Assembly (NCBI GenBank): GCA_008632985.1
Contig: QPGO01000098.1
Coordinates: forward strand, 62,001-126,000
Direction: 5' to 3'
DNA length: 64,000 nt
Source: Psammoneis japonica
Lineage: Eukaryota
The translations under genes were made by a program, and so were the position numbers. A model generated the notes under the pieces. The model was not told the DNA's origin and made no database searches. It saw only the letters and a program-made list of their open reading frames with translations. Positions 1 to 11,814 of the stretch are shown one piece after another (the first letter of the stretch is position 1; each line of letters opens with the position of its first letter).

Positions 1-3000
1 ACAACAGTCCGATCGCGCAGGATTGCATCGATGTGCAATCTCATTCACAGGCAAAACATCCTGAACCAACCCAACGGTTCCAACTCTGTGTTTGGCATGA
101 CAATGCATTAAAGTTGCGTGCGTCTTCCAGTCGACTTGGTTGAAGACCTCTTCAGACCAAGAGTGCTTTTGCTTCATGTGCTCAATTGGCACAGGAGATG
201 CTGCTGCGTGTCGAATCTGGCTCTTGAAATTGGACGTAACAGCTCCTTTCTCGAGAAGAAAATTGGCAGCGCAATGAGGCAAGCGTGGTGCAGTTTCAGT
301 GTCACCAAAATGTTTGCCCTGGAATGCTCCAGCCAAGTGATCGGCCCGAACGTTCAACCGCACATTAAGAGGAAGTCGGGAAAGCGGAGTGTGGCGATCC
401 TGGTGTCCTTTAACCCATTCAACGGCAACAAAAGTGCCGCTCTTGTCTTGCACCCGGCATTCCTGTAAATCAAGAAAAGCATGAAGAATTTCGTTCACGA
501 CATCCCAATCCGGAGACAATGTGTGCGAGACATGGTGACGAAGAAGGAAATCCGTTTGGCTGTCCAAGGAGCATTCCTCACACTCAACGGGAGGAGGGGT
601 GTTGAGATTTTGGACTGCGTTCACGAGGGAGCTGTTGTCACACACAGACAAAAAGCCTTGCAAGAAAACCGCATCGCAAAATTCCATCAGCCGAAGCATG
701 AATCGAGACACAGATGACAGACCACATGCTTCCGCTCGGTGCGAAGCAGGGCGTTTCCCAAAAACCGGTCCAGCACAATCAACCAAAATAACTCCTTCAA
801 TCGTGAGTGTCCAACCAAAGGTGGCAGACTCGTGTGTGATGGAGCCGTCGCTGCCCATTTTTCCAATCGCAGTGCGAAGGGCATCAGCAATCTCAAACAC
901 GGAGCGGTGCAGGGTGAGGAACAACTCAAAGTCAGATGCACTTGGAAGAGCAAGCGGAGCATCAAATCCCACTCGCTGAAAGGAGATTGTCCAATGTCCA
1001 GTGTCGGCAGAATCAACGAAGATGGGAACAGCAGCAGAAGAAGGATGGGGAACCACTTCCAACGCACTCACCGAGTCAGCGCTCACATTGGACACCGGAA
1101 AAATTTCAAAACCCAAGGGTGATCGAATGTAAAGGAACTGTTCAGTTGAAGAGAAACACGCCGATGCCTGCATCCGCATTTGGTCCACTGGGACCACCCA
1201 ATCCCCTGAAGGCTCCCGTAAGTCGCAGGCATCTGAATTGCAGAAAAGAAGGCATGCGCGTCGCCATTGTTTCCAGGCGGCTGGGGACGGATTTTCCTGG
1301 TCAACAAAAATTAATCTGGCAGGTGCTGCTGGCTGGGGGATGGTTGTCCCAGCACTTTAGATTCATCAAGACTGAGGCCATCAGGAAGCGCAACATCAGA
1401 AAGCGTGAGAACCTGAAGAAACAGACGGCAATAATTTGCCAAGCATGCTTGACGATTGGCGAACATTCCTGACTCCAGGACCGCGTCCACAATGTGTTGG
1501 TCGTCATTGTGCTGAAGGGGAAGAACTCCACTCTGATCCAGTTCCATTCTGCCATTAATTCGAGAGAGGAAGGACCGAAGTGACATCAGCCATTTTGATT
1601 CAGAATGGGGAAGAACCGCAGTGACGTCATTGAGACAACTAATTCCTGTGCCCAGATGAAGTTGTGTCCACGAGACGGCAATGCGCAACAGCAAATTCGG
1701 CTGACCATCACCTCGCCAGTGCTTGAGAAATTGGAGAGCTTGAGCCAATCCTTGTTCCACATCTGGGGAGCGAAAACCACCGCCTCCCAACGAGCAAGGG
1801 CCACACAGAAGATCCCGTTTCGTGTTGCGGTTGTAGCCACATTCAGCAAAAACAGCTCTCATGGCTTTCCGTTGGATCTCAAGAAGTTGCTTGGGCAGGA
1901 AATGAGTGTTCGGGAGAACGCAGGCAACAGACGGAAGACAGCTTGCATGACAATGAGTCCAGGCATTGCTGCGGGTCATCGGACAGTTTCGAACAAGAGC
2001 ACTCTTGGAGTCGCTCTTTTCTTCAAGCTTGGAGCATTGAGTCTTCTGGGTTCCAACCGGTGACTTGTGGTGTCCCAAGGTCTTATGAGCCGAATGAGCT
2101 GACAGCTGAGTGCTGCAATGGGAGGAGGATCTGTCCGCCGTGTGTGTTTCCAATTCGAATTCATCGTGATGAGGTTTCAGGCGCGGCTCACCATCGTTGG
2201 TGAAAAGCCACTCGATGGCGTGGAACGAGCATTTTGGCAATTCCAGTTCGTGACCAGCAGCATTGAGAAGATCGCACCACAGTTGAGTGTCATGCTGCAG
2301 CTTCAATGCAAGATCGGCAGCCGAGGGTTGAGGAGATGCCCGAAAATCGTTTGCCTGGGTGGATGCATCGTCAACATAACCACGTGAGAACATGCGAAGC
2401 TGAATTGAACGGTCGGGAGATTCAAAGAACGCTCCATGCGCCTTCTGGTCAAACAAATCAAACAATGAATTGCAAATCTGGTTCCAACACTGGGGAGAAT
2501 TGCCACTGCCTTGACCGCTGCCATAAATCGGAAAATCAGCAGTGTGAGAGTAAGAATCCTGGGCAAGTCCTGTTTCCGTTCGAAGCCAGTGTCGAGCCTC
2601 GTGGAGGGTTTCCGTGGCAGACGCCGTGACCTGCTTGTCCATGCCAAGGCTCCTGCTCTGAACAGCACACACAGCCGGAAGGTTCCGATCACAACACGAG
2701 GTGCAATCATTGTCTCCTGACACAAGAGTCTTCCGTCCAGTCCTTGACATCTCAAGCACAAGTTCTTCCAAAAACACCGGATCATTCGCACATTTGAATG
2801 CTCTCGTGCCACAGATCCCTGGATTGCACAGTCGTTCCTGTTCCATGTGTTGTGCCAAAGCTCGCCACTTGACACTGCAGATGAATTGAAAATCCGCCTC
2901 ACAGATGTGTGCAACACGCAATCGGTGAATCTTGGCATTTCCCGGTTCCTTGAAAATCATGACATTCACGACATCTTTCCAGCGGTCGCAGGAACATCCC

Positions 3001-5228
3001 CACTTCAAAGCGCAGTTCAGCAAGTTCAAACGGATGTGGATGAGGTTAGTTTGGACCGCATCCAAGGCATCCTTCTCAGGAGTGGGATCTCCGCCATCAA
3101 GAAAGGAGTCAGAAAACGAGTGAGAGGCGTGCATCACTTTCCAATGACCAAGATGCATGCCGGACTTGACAGAAGTGGCAGTCGACTCAGTCCAGTTTTT
3201 GATCTTGGCTTCCAATTCGTTTGCCGAGACTTGGTTGGCAATCGAAACCGGGGAACGCCGTCGAAGATGTTGCACAAACGATGAGGTGGCTTCATTTAAG
3301 GAGTGAGTTTCGTGCTCTCCATCGAGAATCAAATCAGCCACAATCATGTTGCCTGAGAAACCAAGGTCTGCTGAGAGTGGAGGAACGGTCGGGGGAGTTC
3401 CTTGGGCCTGACCGAAATGGCACTGATTCCGATCACGGAGGGCGGAAGCAACTTCATCAGGAGCATCCACTGCAACCCATTCATCACAATCTTTAGGATG
3501 TGCTGCCGGATCCGCAGGAATCTGAACGCTGGCAACGCCTGCTTTGTGGTCTGAATCAAATGCACGAATTTTCCTGAAGAGCCTTGTAGTTTCTTCCGCC
3601 CTTCGTAGGTTGCGGATGATGTTGGCTTTACGTTTGGACTCTTTGCTGCCGTCTAGTTCCAATTCGGCAATGCGAGATTCAGCATCTTTCTCTCTGTGGA
3701 TGGCACTGTCTTTGGCGATCTGACGACATTCCTTCTGAGCTGCAGCTGACGCACGCTGACATTCGGCCAGATTTTCTGGTGGGATGAATCCTGTTGGGGC
3801 AGAGGCTTGAAGTTGTTTGATTCTATCCACCTGGTCATGCTTGGTGCGAATCATAGAGAGCAACCGATTTAGGATGTAGATCTTGTGCCAGATGGCGGCT
3901 AGAGTCACAGACCATTGAGGTTCACGATGACGTCAACACTTCTTGGCTGATGACAGGGACAATTGAAGAATGTCACGGTCAAGGCGTTCCGCAAGAGAAT
4001 GATCCGGAGCATTAGAATCTGACAGAGCTTGAGATCGTTCCAAAACATTTCTCTGATCCAGCATCGGTCCTAGATGCTTGAGGAACGTTGTGACTTGAGG
4101 TTTAGAAGAAGCGTGAATGTCCCGGAAAGCCGCCTTCGGTAGATCAACCTTGGGGTTCCCGAACAACTGTGTTGTGTCGAAATCAACGAAATGCGCACGA
4201 TGATCAGAATGTGTGCGACAACCAAATGGTTCGTACCCACCATGACGAGCAGACTCAAGAGCTCCTGGAGTCGCCAATGCGCAATCCAATCGGCGTTTCC
4301 CACGGGAGCAAGTCGAAAAATCCGTGTCTTTCATAAGATGACACACAACGTCAGAGAGGTCAAAGCGCTGTGCCATCGATGAGAGAAGGTCGTTGTCGTC
4401 AGTAAAATCTGCATTGAAGTCTCCACAGATGATGACCTCCCGATCAGGGTCAGACAAGAAGGATTGAAGGATCTTCGACAAGTCCTGACAGAACGCTTTC
4501 CGTGGGTCGAGAGTAGAGGATTCTCTTTGCCTGAGTAGAGACACTTGTTGTGCAAAAGCAGTGGTTTTGCCAGGGGAGTTTCGGTGTTTTGGACAAACCC
4601 GACAACAAGACATCACCACAACTTGGCGTCCTTGCTTGCCATCAAACACTTGAAAGGACCACCGGCCAAGAGGATCTGATTCTTGAGATCGAAAACGACC
4701 AGCAATCGAGTTGCAAGATAAAAGAGCAGTGCCACCTGGCTTGCAGGGTGAAACAAAGGAGATGTCACTCGTCGAAAAAGTGGCTCGACCATGATGCAAA
4801 GAATTGCGCACCGTTTTCAAACAGGCAGACTTAATCGGATGCTGAGAAGTGTCCAAACAAGTTTCCGAGATGCCTGTCAGGTCCGCCTGGATCTCNNNNN
4901 NNNNNNNNNNNNNNNNNNNNNNNNNNNNNNNNNNNNNNNNNNNNNNNNNNNNNNNNNNNNNNNNNNNNNNNNNNNNNNNNNNNNNNNNNNNNNNNNNNNN
5001 NNNNNNNNNNNNNNNNNNNNNNNNNNNNNNNNNNNNNNNNNNNNNNNNNNNNNNNNNNNNNNNNNNNNNNNNNNNNNNNNNNNNNNNNNNNNNNNNNNNN
5101 NNNNNNNNNNNNNNNNNNNNNNNNNNNNNNNNNNNNNNNNNGGATTGTGACAAGCCGATGAACGGCTGGGGGTGAGGCCGTGCTTCCACGAAGGAAGACT
5201 GAGGACTAGACCCGGATGGAGAAGGCAT
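1..5228 (-). pseudogene. LINE ORF2 (APE endonuclease, reverse transcriptase, RNase H), interrupted
   Basis: In-frame TGA at 3933-3935 (KKC*RHREP versus KHCRQHREP in the other LINE; likely CGA>TGA). Further breaks downstream of 1311. YVDD at 2367-2378. Confidence 0.88.
4896..5141. other. Assembly gap (N run)
   Basis: Run of N. Confidence 1.
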
Positions 5229-5296
5229 CCTGTCTGCGTCATGAGAAAAAAGCTGGTTAGACGACTGGGCCCGCCTTGCAGAAAATCCAAATCAGT

Positions 5297-6877
5297 TCAA
5301 TTCAAGTCCTCCATGGCAGTGTCGTTGGGAGGTTGTTTGGAGGAAGAGCCAGCGGGAACCAAAACTGCTGGGCGTTTGCGGTGCAGAGATTGACTGGACC
5401 CAGCAGACATGGCCACAAGAGACTCTTGAACAAGAGAGTGAACCTCATTAGATGAAGTTTCCAGTGAAGCCTGACAATGCTGCTCCAGACGCTCGACACG
5501 CTTTTCGTCATCCTGTTGAGATTGTAAGACGAGTTGCTTCAATTCGGCAACTTCTTGAGACACAGAAGTGAGATCAGACGCAGCAGGAGTGCCTGGAAAA
5601 ACCGTGCCAGGTGCACTCCAGAGAACTTGTGCGAAAGTTTGAAATCCACCATGAATTCCCACAGTGGGCGGGATTGGAGCCAAAGGAGGAGGTTGTGGCT
5701 GTGCCGATGGATCAGTGAGAGAACCAGAAGGAGAAATGTCAGAAATGTCAAGAGAAACCCAACTCTGGATGCTCGCAGATGTGATCGAATCTGCCGCATC
5801 GGAAATGTCATCAGCGACACCAGGGATCATCGGGCGGGGAGCGTTCACCAGAGGAACAACGTCGCCAGGGAGCTCATTGATCCAGCCAGGTAACTGTTGA
5901 GAGATCTGCTGCCCAATTTGATGAAAATGAGTCTTGTCAACAAGAACATTGTGCCGCGGAGTCTTGGCAAAACGTTTCGACGGAACAAAATCCAGTGCGC
6001 CGGGAATGGGGCTGATGACATGAGTTTTGGCAAGTGTTTTGCTTTGTTCACGCACTGCTTTGTCGAATTCGTCAGGGTGAGAACAACGCCACCGGGAAAA
6101 AATAAGGACCAATGGATGCGTTTTTAGAACTTCCAACAATGCCGTGATCATGTCTTTGGCATGCTGCCGCGGAGTTTCAACAGCATAAAACGTTGCACGG
6201 ATGGAAGGATCTTTGGGAGACTTGACAGAGTGAGGCATCAATCGGAAGTGAAGTTTGGACTTGGCACGAGGAGAGAGTAACTCCAACAACTTTTTCACAG
6301 CAAAGTCAGCCGGACAGTGTTTCGGGAGATGATCCATGAGGAGAGCAACGTGAGACAAGTTGACAATCGTCTCATCCCATTCATGACGCCGCATGAAAAC
6401 ACCATTGTCTTTCAAAACTTTATTGACAAATGGAATGTTCCGGACATCTGACAAGGACAAGGAAGTGCGGATGCGATGGGCGACAACAAAGGCAGGGGGA
6501 TGACGACGAGAGCCGCCGATGCGATGCACGACAAAATGTTGTGAGTGAACAAGACCAGAAGTCCATTCAACCACGTTGACATCAGAAAGGCGTTTGCCTT
6601 GGTTCGACACAATGGACACCTCATTCACCAATGGGTCTTGGGAGGCAGTCTGCTGCAAGGCATGAAGAATGGTCGCATGCCCCATGGCGAGAACCGTGGT
6701 GGCGTTGTCTTCAGAAGAGGTGAGTTCAAAACGAAGGGTGATCTCTTTCAGATCGGCACTTTCGGGACGGCCGGAACCAGTCCTGGCAGGAGTGAATGGA
6801 GCATTGTCCATGCCAGAGGGAGGATGAGGGTTGTGCTCACCGGGAGGGCTAGCCAGCGGCAGCGGAGGGGTCGTCAT
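5297..6877 (-). CDS. LINE ORF1-like protein (mutated)
   Basis: Long ORF directly upstream of the APE domain. Shares LKEITLRFE/FEEITVRFD and VNVVEW/VNVAEW segments with ORF1 fragments of the second LINE. Start taken at MTTPP (uncertain). Confidence 0.7.
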   Translation of the reverse strand: MTTPPLPLASPPGEHNPHPPSGMDNAPFTPARTGSGRPESADLKEITLRFELTSSEDNATTVLAMGHATILHALQQTASQDPLVNEVSIVSNQGKRLSDVNVVEWTSGLVHSQHFVVHRIGGSRRHPPAFVVAHRIRTSLSLSDVRNIPFVNKVLKDNGVFMRRHEWDETIVNLSHVALLMDHLPKHCPADFAVKKLLELLSPRAKSKLHFRLMPHSVKSPKDPSIRATFYAVETPRQHAKDMITALLEVLKTHPLVLIFSRWRCSHPDEFDKAVREQSKTLAKTHVISPIPGALDFVPSKRFAKTPRHNVLVDKTHFHQIGQQISQQLPGWINELPGDVVPLVNAPRPMIPGVADDISDAADSITSASIQSWVSLDISDISPSGSLTDPSAQPQPPPLAPIPPTVGIHGGFQTFAQVLWSAPGTVFPGTPAASDLTSVSQEVAELKQLVLQSQQDDEKRVERLEQHCQASLETSSNEVHSLVQESLVAMSAGSSQSLHRKRPAVLVPAGSSSKQPPNDTAMEDLN

Positions 6878-7418
6878 GGCGACGGCTGCTTGGCACACAA
6901 AACGCGTGGAATTCCACGTAGAACTTGCCAATGTGTGCTTGCGTGGAAAAGTGCCCTTCCCCAAAAAAGACCCCTCCCCCTTCGCGCGTTTCGAGCGCCC
7001 TCCCCGTGCATCCAAAAGAAAACCAAAAAAGTCCTCACGGTGGCGCGACGCCGGCCTCGGCGGCGAGGGCGGCCCGTCCACAGCAGAAACTCCTTGTTCG
7101 CATAGCTGGCTCCGGTCCGTCGCGATGAAGCGGGCGGCAGATCCCCGCCCCGCCGACTGCTGCATCTTCTTGGGAGTGATGTGTTGCGGTGAGTGTCGGC
7201 TCTTGTTTTGCCTTGATTTGCATCTGCTGGTCACACCGTCAGCTGGGATTTGTGAGACAATCTACTCACCCAACATCATTGCTGACTTGGACACACCTTT
7301 CCACCTGTTCTCTGGCAGGTTGAGCGCTGTGAACACTGTGAGCACCAACAGTGGAGCCACAGCATCTCTGCAAAGCTCGTGGTGACCAGGGCAATTGCGA
7401 ACGCGATGAGTGCTGCCT

Positions 7419-8941
7419 TCATGCAGAATTCCCATGTCTGGAATGCTTCCCGGGCTGGTCATTCCTGGTGGGACTTGAGGTCTTTGATGATTGAGGCCAG
7501 AGCATTGGTGCAGGGTGCCTTCTTGTTGGAATCCTTTGATCTGCTTTCAGATTCTTGAGCTTTGCGAAGATGACAACCTTTGTCTCCTGGATCATCAGGT
7601 GAGTGAGCCACCCAAGCGGAATGGCACTTGCACCAAAAGTGGTCTCGTCCCTTCTGACTCTTGTGGCGATGCTTGTGACCATTGACAGTCTTTGCAGGGT
7701 CACCGTCCTTTGGCGGAGTTTTCTTCCAGGCTTGTCCTGTTTCTTGGCATGCCTCAGGTTCTTGCTCTTGTTCTTGGAGTTCTGCTTGCCGCCACCTCCC
7801 TTGGACTTGTTGGGAGTGCTCTTGAGGGCCTTGGACAGCTTGAGATTGTGGTCCTTGATGGCCTCAACTTCCGGGGTGAGTGCAACAATCCTTTCTTGCT
7901 CTGGAGGGAGTGCTCCCCACTTCTCTGCTTGATCAAGATTGGTGTGCTTGTTGAGAGCCAGTTGCATGACTCATTCCAATGTGCAGTCCTCACCATCGTC
8001 ACACTTTTGCTCAATGTTGGCCATGCACTTGACAAATGCTTGGTCACCAGCTGCAGTGTAACCCTTGAATGGGTTGATGACTGGGTCATCGCAGCCTTCT
8101 CCCCTGGCTCTGAGGCCATCATGGTTGAGTTTGATGCACTCATTGAACTCTTCGATGTTCAAGTTGCAGGTTGACATGTGCAAGTCAAGGCTGGACAAGT
8201 TCTTGTGGAAGCAGTTTGCAGTCGAGCAAGTGTCCACGATGGCCTTTTGGTTGAGCAATTTGAAGAACAGTGTGCCAACCTGTACGTTGTTGATCTTGCA
8301 TTGCTTGCTCTCAGCGATGATCTTGTCTCCAGCTTCTGCAGTTAGCGTCTGAGAGATTGTCTCAGCCATCTGGACTTGGTTCTGGGCTTGCCTTGACTGA
8401 GCAGCCATGCAGGCAGCAGCATGATCACGCACTTGGTGATTAAGTCTCGATTGACTCTGTTGCTGTCAGGGATCAACATGATGTTGCCTGTTCCTGACTT
8501 CCATCCTGACTCTGCTGCTTGTTCATTTAGAACTTCACAGAACTTGTTGAGACCTTCAGAGTCTCCATTGAACTTGTGAGGTGGTGGAGCCGCAGCAGTG
8601 TTCCACAGCTTGAGACCTTGCGAGGTTCCGCAATTGACTCAGTTGTTTGGACAATGTTGACCAGGTGTCAACGCAAGTGCAGGTTGTGCAGCAGGTGCCA
8701 CAGGAGGAACCGGAGGCACTGGTGGTGCGCCTCCACCACCACCACCTGGTGGAGCAACTCCTCCACCACCACCTCTGCCACCACCCACAGGAGGAATTGG
8801 TGGAATCGGTGGTTCCTGTGCTGGTGTGGCTGCCGGTGCTGCAGCTGGAGCAGCAGCAGGAGCTGCCACTGGAGCTGGAGCTTGTGCTGGAGCTGGAGTT
8901 CCAGCCATTGCCAATGAGGTGCAGGTGGTCACCATTGTCAA
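7419..8941 (-). pseudogene. Copia-type (diatom CoDi-like) gag relic
   Basis: Pro/Ala/Gly-rich N-terminus, then ALTPG...GLKLW...KFNGD, and a C-terminal knuckle FWCKCHSAWVAH read across frameshifted minus-strand frames. No pol seen; the LINE abuts it at about 7230. Confidence 0.6.
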
Positions 8942-10975
8942 ATGGTTTTGATTTCAACCAATGGCTGGCTTGAAATCAAAGTTGCAAAGCAGGTTGCAGA
9001 GGAAGCATGTGGGATTCTACCTGGGACACAGGTCCTGTCTGTAGAATGTGCTGCTGACAATCAGCACAAGGTGCTCAAAGCCAGCAAAATGGCAACGAGT
9101 TGTCTCACTGACTCATGCTCAGTTGAAATTGTGAGCTAAAACTGATTTAAAAGTGATTCTCTTGTTTTGTGATCCAAGACATCTTGGATGATGCCGCGTC
9201 AGAAAATGGACATTCTTTGAACATCATTCATGTAGAATGTGTGCTGAGGGTCACGGTGGAGGTTCGACACTTGCATTGAAACTTTCTGATGTCTGACTCA
9301 GCCGTGTAGAAATTCTAAGATGATTGGACATCTCTGAATGTCCACAGTCTTTCTAAAATGTCACACCATCCGCTTTCTGGTCTCAGGCAATTTGTCCTCT
9401 TGACTTGTCCGTGCAACGCCCTGTAGAATGTCATGAGCCTCCATGATGATGTGAGATTGGAGTTGAAGCTCCAAGACATGATTGTGACATCCAATGAGGC
9501 ACAGGCCATTGGTCTTGCCATGTCTCTTGCAAAATGGAAGTCACAAAGTCCACCAATGTCTCTTCACTGTGGGCACGCAAATCTTCCATGGAGTCTGGTG
9601 TGACCAACTTTTCCAAGGAAGCTCGCAATGTTTTCAGAAGGGGTTTGAGCAGGTTCTCACAACAGAAATCAGAGGTGATGGTGAATGTTGGGTTGCCCAT
9701 TGTTCGGGTGGCCAATGCCACCCCAATGTGAACTGACACAGTCAGGTGGTCACCAACATCAATGGTTTCTTGCAAGAGATCCTTGAAACTCAAGTCCTCC
9801 TTGATCCTGTGTCTTGGTCCAGACATTTCCTCCCACCAGCCAATTTGTTCGCCACAAGATGCAGATTCTTGGCATTGCACAAGACGTTGAATGTTGATGT
9901 TGGACCGGCTCCCATGCCAAAACCTTTGGCACCTTGCCAGTGGAAAAAACTCATGTCGTTCGGTTTCCTCTGCTGGATCTGGCAGCATGTTCATTGTGCA
10001 ATTTACAAGTCCCGTGTGATGCAGAGGCTGACTCTTGGGAAAACAAAGGTCGTTGAAGCTGCGCTTGAGCAAACTCATCGCCAGCTCAAGCTCTCCCTCC
10101 TCAAAGGGGGAATGTGCATGGACATCCTCCAGCGTGCGCTTCACATCCGCCTGTCAGTCCAACAGCATCCACCATTTTCCCCTTGTGCACAAAATCAGAG
10201 ATGTTGAGCCCAGTCATTTTTTTGTGCCAATGGGCATGATGCCTGTGAGCCAAATTTTTGCACTGGACACCTGCTCCAGGAGAACCTTGACAGAACGGAA
10301 GAATGAAAAATGCTTTGCAAAGCGTGGCTTGATCTGGAATTGGACACTTTCACAGAGCTTCTCCCCGTGATGCAGAATCAATTGCAATGAGCCATCACGA
10401 ACAGGCTGATCACACTTGTCAACAAGAATTGACAGACGCCCTTTGTCATGTTGCACTGTGGTGCCCAAAGCACGAACCATTGTTGAAACAGATTGGTCTT
10501 TGATTTTCACCCCTTGGGAAAATGTTTGAAGTTTTCATTGAGTCGCTTGTTGTTCTCTAAAAGAAAAACCACTTTCTCCTTGATGCAACATTCAGTTTCA
10601 TGGTCCAGTGTTTTGCAGCATTGAACTTGTTTTTCTTCCTCTTTGTTCTCTTCACAATTGGAAAAGCAAATGGCGCCAAAGTCAATCCGGAGGATGCACC
10701 ACTGGTTTTGATCTTTCTCGCCAATGGAATGACTCAGATCCGTGTCCACGTTGGATTCCTTGTTGATGGAGAACAACTCGTCTGCAAGCAAAAACAGTGT
10801 GGTTTTCCCAAGTTGCATGGGACGAGCAAAACAGATGGCACTTTCCACAGCGTGGAACAGTTCTTCTAGAAACAAACTGTTGTCGCGACAGCTGCAGAAC
10901 TTTCGGCACACATTGGCAGCACCATTCTGATGGCATCCAGGGAAATGGAAGCCGGTTTGTTTGCTTCTCTTTGAT

Positions 10976-11018
10976 GCCCTTTCCAAGGGATTACACACTA
11001 AAGTCCCTTGCCCTTTCC
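10976..11018. mobile_element. 25-bp insertion with 6-bp terminal inverted repeat and 9-bp target duplication
   Basis: gccctttcc + aagggattacacactaaagtccctt + gccctttcc; the paralog has a single gccctttcc at 61922-61930. Confidence 0.8.
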
Positions 11019-11063
11019 GTATTCGATGATTTGGAAGGTCTAGAGAGCTAGTTGCTTGACGTT

Positions 11064-11269
11064 TGGGGGAAGACTCCAGCCAGCCACTGGCTGAAAAAAG
11101 TCTGCTGTCAGTGCGTTTGGGGGTTTTGCCAGTAGAATTTTTACGTACACAGAATACGACGAGTCTGTCCAGCGTTCACCAAAACCCCCTAACGCACAGA
11201 TTGACAGATTCGTTCAGTGCAAATTCTGCACAAGATTCTTCAGCCAGCAGCTGGCTGAGACTTCCCCCA
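11064..11269. mobile_element. Foldback MITE, copy 1 (4-bp TSD cgtt)
   Basis: Ends tgggggaagactccagccagc / gctggctgagacttccccca, flanked by cgtt on both sides. The empty site gacgttgctcat is present in the paralog at 61966-61977. Confidence 0.92.
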
Positions 11270-11814
11270 CGTTGCTCATGGTGGTGTTGGTGTGGAGTGC
11301 AGTACGACCATGCGAATAAGGGAATGTTTTTTTCATGCGTGCACGACGTTCGAATGAGATCTGGCGCCGTGATCATGTTTTCGTAAGTGAGACGCAGTCA
11401 TCTCAGAGAGCATTGTCTTACGAAATGGCCTCAGCATGTCATCTTAGCGTGTGATATCCAGATCACTTAGCACTTCTTAGTGCCTGCAGTGTGAAGCGAC
11501 AAACCAGCACCGTCTTCCCACCACCGAGGACGCCTGGAGCTGACATTTGCGAAGATGGGGTGCGCAAGCCCCTGAGGCATTGATGAGCAGCTCTGACTTG
11601 AATGTTGCATGCATTGATTTTAAATTGTTTGTGAAAGAAAAATATCATGCAAACTCTCATCGCGAATAGAATCCTGGGTTTGCCAGCTGCCAATGAGACA
11701 ATCGACTTTGGCATGGTGTGACAGTCTGCAACCAGAGGAAGGTTCAAAGGGGTTGAAGCCACTCCTAATTTGTGGGGTTGACGAGTTTTCATGTACAAAG
11801 GTTATGGACACCAT

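Larger units (their letters stand above)
1..7230 (-). mobile_element. Non-LTR retrotransposon (LINE, Ambal-like: ORF1 plus APE-RT-RNase H ORF2), degenerate; 3' end runs off the window
   Basis: APE motifs (GISETCLD, IICGDFNAD, RLDCAL, SDHRA) in 3933-5228; RT motifs GSGQGSGNSP and GYVDD in 1311-3908; RNase H-like WVKGHQD readable on the minus strand near 400-420. Colinear homology with the LINE at 46400-54300. The 5' boundary is approximate. Confidence 0.9.
9352..11279 (-). pseudogene. Hypermutated, 3'-truncated paralog of the AAA-ATPase/PD-(D/E)XK gene at 60068-61977
   Basis: Nucleotide-level alignment with about 60290-61977. Contains frameshifts, small insertions and a MITE near the start codon. 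Confidence 0.93.

Noticed and set aside
9030..9330. Possible LTR/PBS of the Copia relic (recurring gtagaat)
   Set aside because: No partner LTR or convincing primer-binding site visible
11379..11425. Small hairpin tttcgtaag...cttacgaaa
   Set aside because: Single short instance with no TSD or second copy
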